From the NCBI GenBank assembly GCA_964016885.1, contig OZ024760.1, positions 4,340,001 to 4,404,000 of the forward strand: DNA of 64,000 nucleotides. Direction: 5' to 3'. Of this stretch, positions 56,933 to 64,000 are shown piece by piece (position 1 is the stretch's first letter; every line of letters starts with the position of its first letter). This DNA is from Eledone cirrhosa. Lineage: Eukaryota. The translations under genes and the position numbers were made by a program. The notes beneath the pieces were generated by a model, which made no database searches, had not been told where the DNA came from, and saw only the letters and a program-made list of their open reading frames with translations.

Positions 56933-58431
56933 TTTCTTTGTTTGTTTCTTTGTCTAATTTTGTTGTAATTATTTTTTGTTCTTCAGACTTGGGGGGCGTG
57001 GCAGAGCTAATGGCAGACATGTCTGCCATCTTTTCCGCCATGCTGCCAAGAACGAAATTTTTCGGCAAAATTAGATATTTATTTTACCCCCTAAAAAGGG
57101 GGTAAATGCAAAAATGTTTCCCTAAATAACAGGGGTTAGTGTTCCAAATGTGTTGCACTGAAAAATTTATCCGGTACTTACAATAGTAAGGGTAAATCCC
57201 GATAGAATAGCGGAGCCGATGTGAAGCGTGTCTTACTCTATCAAGATAGATAGATAGATAGACAGACAGATAAAACTGGAGGTGTTTTATGTATGAACAT
57301 GCAAAGAAACTGTCAAACACTGACTGGATGAGCCCTCAACACACAAGGGAACGTAGGAACGTATAAAATATACAGTTGATGGCTTCAAATTCTGACTTGC
57401 CCTTTCAATCGAACGGATTAAACCAGGATTTGAAACTATCCACCAATTTTCGAAATTTTATGAATTTTAACTTTTTTTATTCTTTAACTTTCGATGATTT
57501 AATCCGAATTTAATTGCTTCTAAATTTAATTTAAAAATTTTATACGTCACTAGTTTCATACAATGCAGTAATTTTCTAATGAAATATTAGGAGCGACATA
57601 CGGCGTTTCTTGAAGATTTCTTAAAAACCTGACTAGGACTCTTCTCTTTCCAGATGTAGACACAGACGATTTCTTCCAGAGAAGGAGAGAAAGAGAGCGA
57701 ACGAGAGAGAGAGAGGTGGGGGGGGGGGTGAAAAGCAAAGCTATCCTCGGATGGATCCTGAACTCAGAACGTAGAAAGAGGTAACTAAATACCACACTCA
57801 TTTTGTCCGACGCTCTACCGATACTGCCAAAGTTATAATAATTGTTTCTACTTTTGGCACAAGGCCAGCAATTACCCAGTGCATTACTGTTACTTTATTT
57901 TAACTGTAATTAAAATCGAGTGACGTATCATTTTACGAACAGCGGTTTTTAGACGCACCAGACTAATGAAACATTTGTAAATACTTTGAAAAAACCCTAT
58001 TGTACAGCCGATCCACGTTATTCTTCACTCATTTACTATATATATATACAGTCAGACTTGCCAACCTCTAAAAACCCAAACGAGGAGTACCATGACAAAA
58101 AGTGCCCCACAAAACGGGGGGAAATGAAGCAAAATGGGGATATTTTACATAATGAAAGCTTTACCCGTTTTCACAAGAGAAGACATCTCTCACCCACCGC
58201 AAAGTGGGTGGGTGATCTCCCCGTCGGGCGACAGGTCTGCTAAGCAGCCACGCAAGTGGGATCGAACCCGGGACATCATGATAACGAAGTAAAGTTTTTA
58301 ACTATTCGATCTAAGTCCACTGAAACAGTATGTACATCATTTCTCTCTCTCCTTCTCCCCCTCTCATTGTCTCACCATCTCTCTACCTCTTTCTGTCACC
58401 CATGGAGGAGTTGAGTACTTTATCTTAACTG

Positions 58432-58720
58432 TTTGACATAACACCACACTACCAGTGGTTTCAAGATAAAAACAACTCTAAAGTGTAAGGTGTATCTTGT
58501 TAGCACCACGAATCTAGTCTCTTGAAATTGTTAGTGCTACCTAGATGCAAGCATCCTTGTGCTATCCTTGTGCTGTCAGTGACTCATCAATATCACCACG
58601 TGAGCAGCTTGACCGCAAACACCATTCTCCATCTTGCTATACGTTTCTCAAATGCACCGAATGATTTAGACGTTTTTATTTTCATCTTGAAACCGCTGGT
58701 AGTGCGGAGTTATGTTAAAA
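58432..58720. mobile_element. Degenerate MITE-like element with ~40 bp imperfect inverted ends
   Basis: TTGACATAACACCACACTACCAGTGGTTTCAAGAT versus ATCTTGAAACCGCTGGTAGTGCGGAGTTATGTTAA. Confidence 0.5.
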
Positions 58721-58849
58721 TGTTAAAATAGATACACACACACACATGCACACAGGCACACACATATATATACACACATATATACATATATATGCACGTT
58801 CACATATATATAAATATGTGAATATATAAATATACATTACTCATATATA

Positions 58850-59068
58850 CACACACACATACATATATATTATATACCCATACAGGCACAACGCAGGCAC
58901 AATGACACAAGCACACATACACACATACATACATATATATTATATACCCATACAGGCACAACGCAGGCACAATGACACAAGCACACACACACACATACAT
59001 ACATATATATTATATACCCATACAGGCACAACGCAGGCACAATGACACAAGCACACACACACACATAC
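58850..59068. repeat. ~70 bp tandem repeat x3
   Basis: TATTATATACCCATACAGGCACAACGCAGGCACAATGACACAAGCACAC repeated. Confidence 0.9.
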
Positions 59069-59324
59069 AAAGACAATAAAATTTTGTCTTATAAAAACAC
59101 ATTGTTAAGGCTTTTCAAATCTTTAATTTAATTGACACGATGGTTCAAAATAACTTCAAAAACCACTTTAATACCATCTGCACCTAACTGGATGTACCTG
59201 AGGCAGAATGCCATATACATATATATATACATACATATATATACATCTATATATATATATATATATACATGTATATATATACATGTATATATATACATGT
59301 ATATATATACATGTATATATATAC

Positions 59325-59384
<60 letters not shown>

Positions 59385-59782
59385 ATATATACATGTATAT
59401 ATATATATATATATACATATATATATACATGTATATATATATACATGTATATATATATATACATATATATATATACATGTATATATATATATGTATATAT
59501 ACATATATATACATATTTATATATATACATATATATACATATATATATATATATACATAATAGAGAGTGATACATATATATATAGCTATATATACATACA
59601 TAGATATATACGCACACACATACATATATCTCTGTGTGCGTATGTATGTCCGTATAAATGTTCATATATATTTTTATATATATTTAATTGACTGCTTATT
59701 TTAACATCTCGCTGAGAAATTATTCCACACTTTTATGCTTAATCAGTTGTGAACGCTGTCTTTTTTTGTCAGAGCCGACCAG

Positions 59783-60537
59783 AATAATAATAATAATAAT
59801 TGTTTCTACTTTAGGCACAAGGCCAGCAAAAACCCAGTACATTACTGGTACTTTATTTTATCGACCCTGTAAGGATGAAAGGCAAAGTTAACCTCGGCAG
59901 GATTTGAACTCAAAACGTAAAGTGCTGTAACTCCATGCTATATAATAATTGTTTCTTATATAGACACAAGGCCATCAATTTTGGGAGAGGGGAAGTCAAT
60001 TAAATCAACCGCAGTGCATTACTGGTACTTTATTTATCGACCCTGAAATGATGAAAGGCAAAGTTAACCTCGGCGGGATTTGAACTTAGAACGCAAAGGG
60101 CCGTAACTCTCGATGTGCTTGGTACTGTGAGCAACAGAATTGAAAGCTTTTTTTTTTAAATTGGGGTCAACGCCAGGATGGGGCCCGTACAGAAAACAAT
60201 GTTCATTGGAAGTACCAGGATACTGAAAAAAGTGCTTGACAATTGAAAGTGCCACCTCAGTTTACAGGTTGTAGACAGCTGGCACTAGAATTACATCACC
60301 AACAATAAATGCTGTGCGACAAGCGGATAGTAATAATAATGATAACGATTTCTACTATAGGCACAAGGCCAGCAATTTGGGGGAAGGGGAAAGTCGATTA
60401 AATCGACTCCAGTGCATTACTGGTACTTTAATTTATCGACATCGTAAGGATGAAAGGTAAAGCTAACCTCGGCGAGATTTGAACTCAAAACGTAAAGGGT
60501 CATCCGATGCTCTACTGATTCTGCCAACCCACTGCCC
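59783..60537 (-). mobile_element. Cluster of three SINE S1-related copies (~59783-59935, 59943-60125, 60330-60537)
   Basis: S1 core reverse-complemented; (ATT)n tails. Confidence 0.78.
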
Positions 60538-60539
60538 TG

Positions 60540-60574
<35 letters not shown>

Positions 60575-60576
<2 letters not shown>

Positions 60577-63500
60577 TTTCTTTATTAACCACAAGGGTTT
60601 ACATAAAGTAGACATTAAGGACAGTGCAGGACAATGCAGGACGGTACAAATGGGCATTTCTGCGTGTAAAAAAAACAAAAACAGAGGATGTAACAAAAAT
60701 AACAATGAAAATAACAATGAAAAATTCCCCAATAGGGGGGAGACTTCGGAGGGACATTTGTGGAGAAAGCCCAGTAAAAAGCCACAATGACCCTGACCAC
60801 CAAGGCAAGTGCCCTCTCCCAGTTTTCCACCTTTAGTTTACAGATATATACTCAGAGTCGGCCCATTCACTCGGGCCATTCTTGCTTCTCTCACCCATCT
60901 TTCAACAAAATGCTGGGAAGAGAGCACTTCCCTCTCTACTCTGATTTTCCTTTTCAAATGAAATTTGAAAAAGTCAATCAGAGCATCACCGAAGAGGTAA
61001 GTGCTCGTCTTCAGCCCTTTCAAACGTGTCCACCATACTATCTCTTTCGCCATGGCCACCAGACAGATAAAAACTGCCTGCCCTTCCCGGCTAAAGGAGG
61101 AGGGCGGGGCAATCCTCACGATAGACTCAGATGATAGCTGGATCCGTCCTAAACGCGACAGCAGGTGTTCGACATAAACCCACAAGTCAGCAATTTTCGG
61201 ACACTGGACGAGTGCGTGCAGGACGGTTTCGTCGCCCTACGCGCATCTCGGACATGCCCGGCTGACGGCACCTCCATGCCTGTAGAGTTTATCCCGAACT
61301 GGCAAGGCTCCTCGGTAGCACTGCCAGGCCAGAGATTTCTGGAAGTTGTCCATAGGCCCCGGCCCGAAAGTTCTTCCGAAGAGATTGGCTAGTTGATTTT
61401 CGTCGACGCCTAGAGTTTCCCCAAGTACGTCGTCGCTCTTACCCTCCACTAATCCTCTATAGAACGCTGAGGTGGAGTTTCCACCGATCACATTGCCCGA
61501 TTGGTCGAGGGCTGTGAGCGCCTGAAGACATTCCAGTCTCCAGGCGCTCCCTCTCGGTCTTCGCTTGACCCAGGACTGCAGCTCCGTCAAGGAAACGAGC
61601 TGGGGAAATACGCGCCTAGCAAACGGCGACCACACCTGATCACCGTCGAGGAAGAGGTGGAGATGTCGTAGCCTGAGCGCGTGCCTGCGCATCATCAGCC
61701 ACGGCATGCCCAGCCCTCCACGTAGCGGGTGTTGACAACAGATGGACCGCCTGACCATCGGAGCACGTCCCTTCCACAAAAAGCGAAAGAGCAAACGCTC
61801 CAACGCAGTCAGGCGAGGCTTAGGACAAGGTACGACGGTCAGGCGGTAGCAGATGACGGACGCGATGTACGCGTTAGCCACCTCCGCTCGACCTTTCAGG
61901 GATAGCTTCCTCTCCGCCCATTTCTGGGTGAGAGAAGCCACCCTGCTCGTCACCTCGTCCCAGTTTTTGTCCGTCTGGAGGTCCGGACCGAACCAGACCC
62001 CTAGCAATTTAACCGGTCCGTCCGTCCAGCGTCCGACGACGCTGTTGGACGGCATGGACCTGCCTCTCCAGGTGCCGAGCTGCAGGCCCACTGACTTTTC
62101 CTGGTTGATCATTGCTCCTGTCACCGCTTCGTATTCTCTTAGTGTAGTGCCGATCGCCTCGATGTGTTTGGCGTTCGACACCACTGCGGTGACATCGTCC
62201 GCATATGCTGACACGGATCTTCCGCATCCTAGTTCGCGCGGGACTCCCCTCAACGTCTCCAGTTTGTGCAGTAATGGCTCGAGAGTCAATACGTACAAGA
62301 GGGACGAGAGGGGACATCCTTGGCGGACCGAGCGCATGATGTTGAACGGTTCCGACAGGTGACCGTTCACTCTCACCACAGAGCAGATGTCGCTGTGCAT
62401 GGCAGCGATCCAGCCTCTGAAGACGGGCCCAAAGCCAGCCGCCCTCAGGACTGCCGCTAGGTAACGATGGTCGACCCTATCGAAAGCTTTCGACTGATCT
62501 AAATTGATCAAGGACCCACCCGTGCCAGGTTCCTTAGCTACCCTCTCTATGATGTATCGCATGAGGTGGAGGTTGTCCTGGATGGATCTGTCGGGAATGG
62601 CGCATGTCTACGCCTCTCCCACCAGACCACCAACGACAAGCGCCAACCTCTTTGCTAGCACCTTGGCCAAAATCTTGAACTCTGTGTTTAGCAGAGTTAT
62701 GGGCCGGAAATTGTCTATGTTATCCCCCTTGTTCGGATCCTTTCTCAGCAGTGCCACCGCTCCTCGGCTCACAGAACTGGGAATTCTCCCGTTCTGTTGC
62801 CAGTTGCAGTAGACGTCCGCCAAGAGGCCTCCGAACAAGTCTGGCATCTGTACGTAAAGTTCATAGGGCAGACCATCCAAACCAGGCGATTTACCCCTTG
62901 TGCAGCCAGTCATTGCCTCCCTTACTTCAGCGGCTGTTATCGGCTTTTCGCAACACTTCGCCTCAGTGGCCGAGAGCTGCGGCAGTCCGTCGAGGTAGAC
63001 ACTAAAGTCCATCCCTCTACCCGGCCCACCGCTGCCCCCGAACAGCTGAGCGAAGTGTCGCTGAAAAGCTTCACACATTTGCCCGGGATCGAGTAGCATG
63101 CGCCCGTCGTGGTCCACCAAAGACCGGATCGTGGCTTTGTTGCCACGACGCGCCTCCGCCACTCGGGCCCATTGAACGGCTATCGTCCCCTCGTGTCTGA
63201 GAGCACGCACCCTTGCTCTGACAACGCAGCCTTCGTGCTTTGCATTGAAGAATTGGTCAAGGGTCAATTTCGCCGCAAGCACGTCGGTCGCAATGCCTTT
63301 GCTAAGCGCCTCGTCTAATTTTTTAACTAGTTCTCCCTCTGCTCTATTTTTCTCTATTGCTAAAGCCTTACTAAACCTAATCGATTCTATTCTAATCGCT
63401 CTTTTCAGAGCAAACCACCACTTGTTGTTGACGATGGCCCCCGTCAACGCCCGCTTAACTAGTTCGCTAATCCGGTCTCTGTAGGCCTTGCGCGCTGGTA

Positions 63501-64000
63501 AGGACGCGTTTAGCTTCCAGTAGCCGAGTCCTCGTCTATGAAGCCTATCTAAGTCAAGCACACAGATCACGAATTTGTGGTCCGTGTAGCTGACTATCTT
63601 GAATTGTGGACAGCCTATGCTAGACCTATCTATTTCCCTACAAAATACTCTATCTAGATATGATCTGGATGACCCTATGCGGTTTGTCCAAGTCCACATT
63701 GGCACATTCGGGAAATCCAATCGGTACCTGTCAGACAGTTCAAAACGCCTGAGCAGGTTGGTGAGGCTCTTGCACCCTCCACCCCTATCCGCTAATCCCA
63801 CACAGTCCCAGCGTGCATCTAAGATCCCGTTCCAGTCGCCCACTAATACTAAAGAGCGGGACGTTCCAAGAAAGGTCTCCAGACGCCGGAAGAAATCAGG
63901 CCGCCCTGCTCCTGTCGGGGCATAAACGGCCACTAGCCTGAAAGCTTGCCCGTCTCCGCTGGTCACGTCCAGCACCACCAGCTTACCCTCTGGGTCCAGG
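60575..64000 (-). mobile_element. Tx1-type retrotransposon, copy D (more divergent; 5' part beyond the window)
   Basis: ORF2 pieces 62608-63978, 61237-62562, 60838-61185; AATAAAGAAATC then (ATT)n. Confidence 0.92.

Larger units (their letters stand above)
51558..57244 (-). mobile_element. Full-length Tx1-type retrotransposon, copy C, frameshifted
   Basis: ORF1 + ORF2; (GATA)n on both flanks (51534-51557 and 57245-57272). Confidence 0.92.

Overview
Eukaryotic, extremely repeat-rich DNA with no recognisable host gene. The (TA)n/(CA)n seas and the SINE families suggest an octopus-like mollusc, which is an inference. Most ORF-track entries are microsatellite artefacts. Real content: (1) four large minus-strand Tx1-type (L1 clade) non-LTR retrotransposons plus three 3'-end fragments, most abutting (GATA)n tracts; (2) an intact-ORF Penelope-like element (Naiad-type RT + GIY-YIG) with hammerhead-bearing direct repeats, and a truncated second Penelope element; (3) CR1-type and RTE-type LINE fragments, tRNA-derived SINEs, three non-autonomous Helitrons and small MITEs. 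The main hidden signal is about 13 complete or near-complete type I hammerhead ribozyme motifs plus many half-motifs. These include a 418-420 bp tandem trimer with one minimal hammerhead per unit (retrozyme-like), non-canonical cores, long stem II versions and fold-back palindromes that break at the ribozyme. A second notable signal is a conserved splice donor at the end of ORF1 and an acceptor at the ORF2 stop codon in three divergent Tx1 elements. All structures and alignments were read by eye, so coordinates may be off by a few bases.
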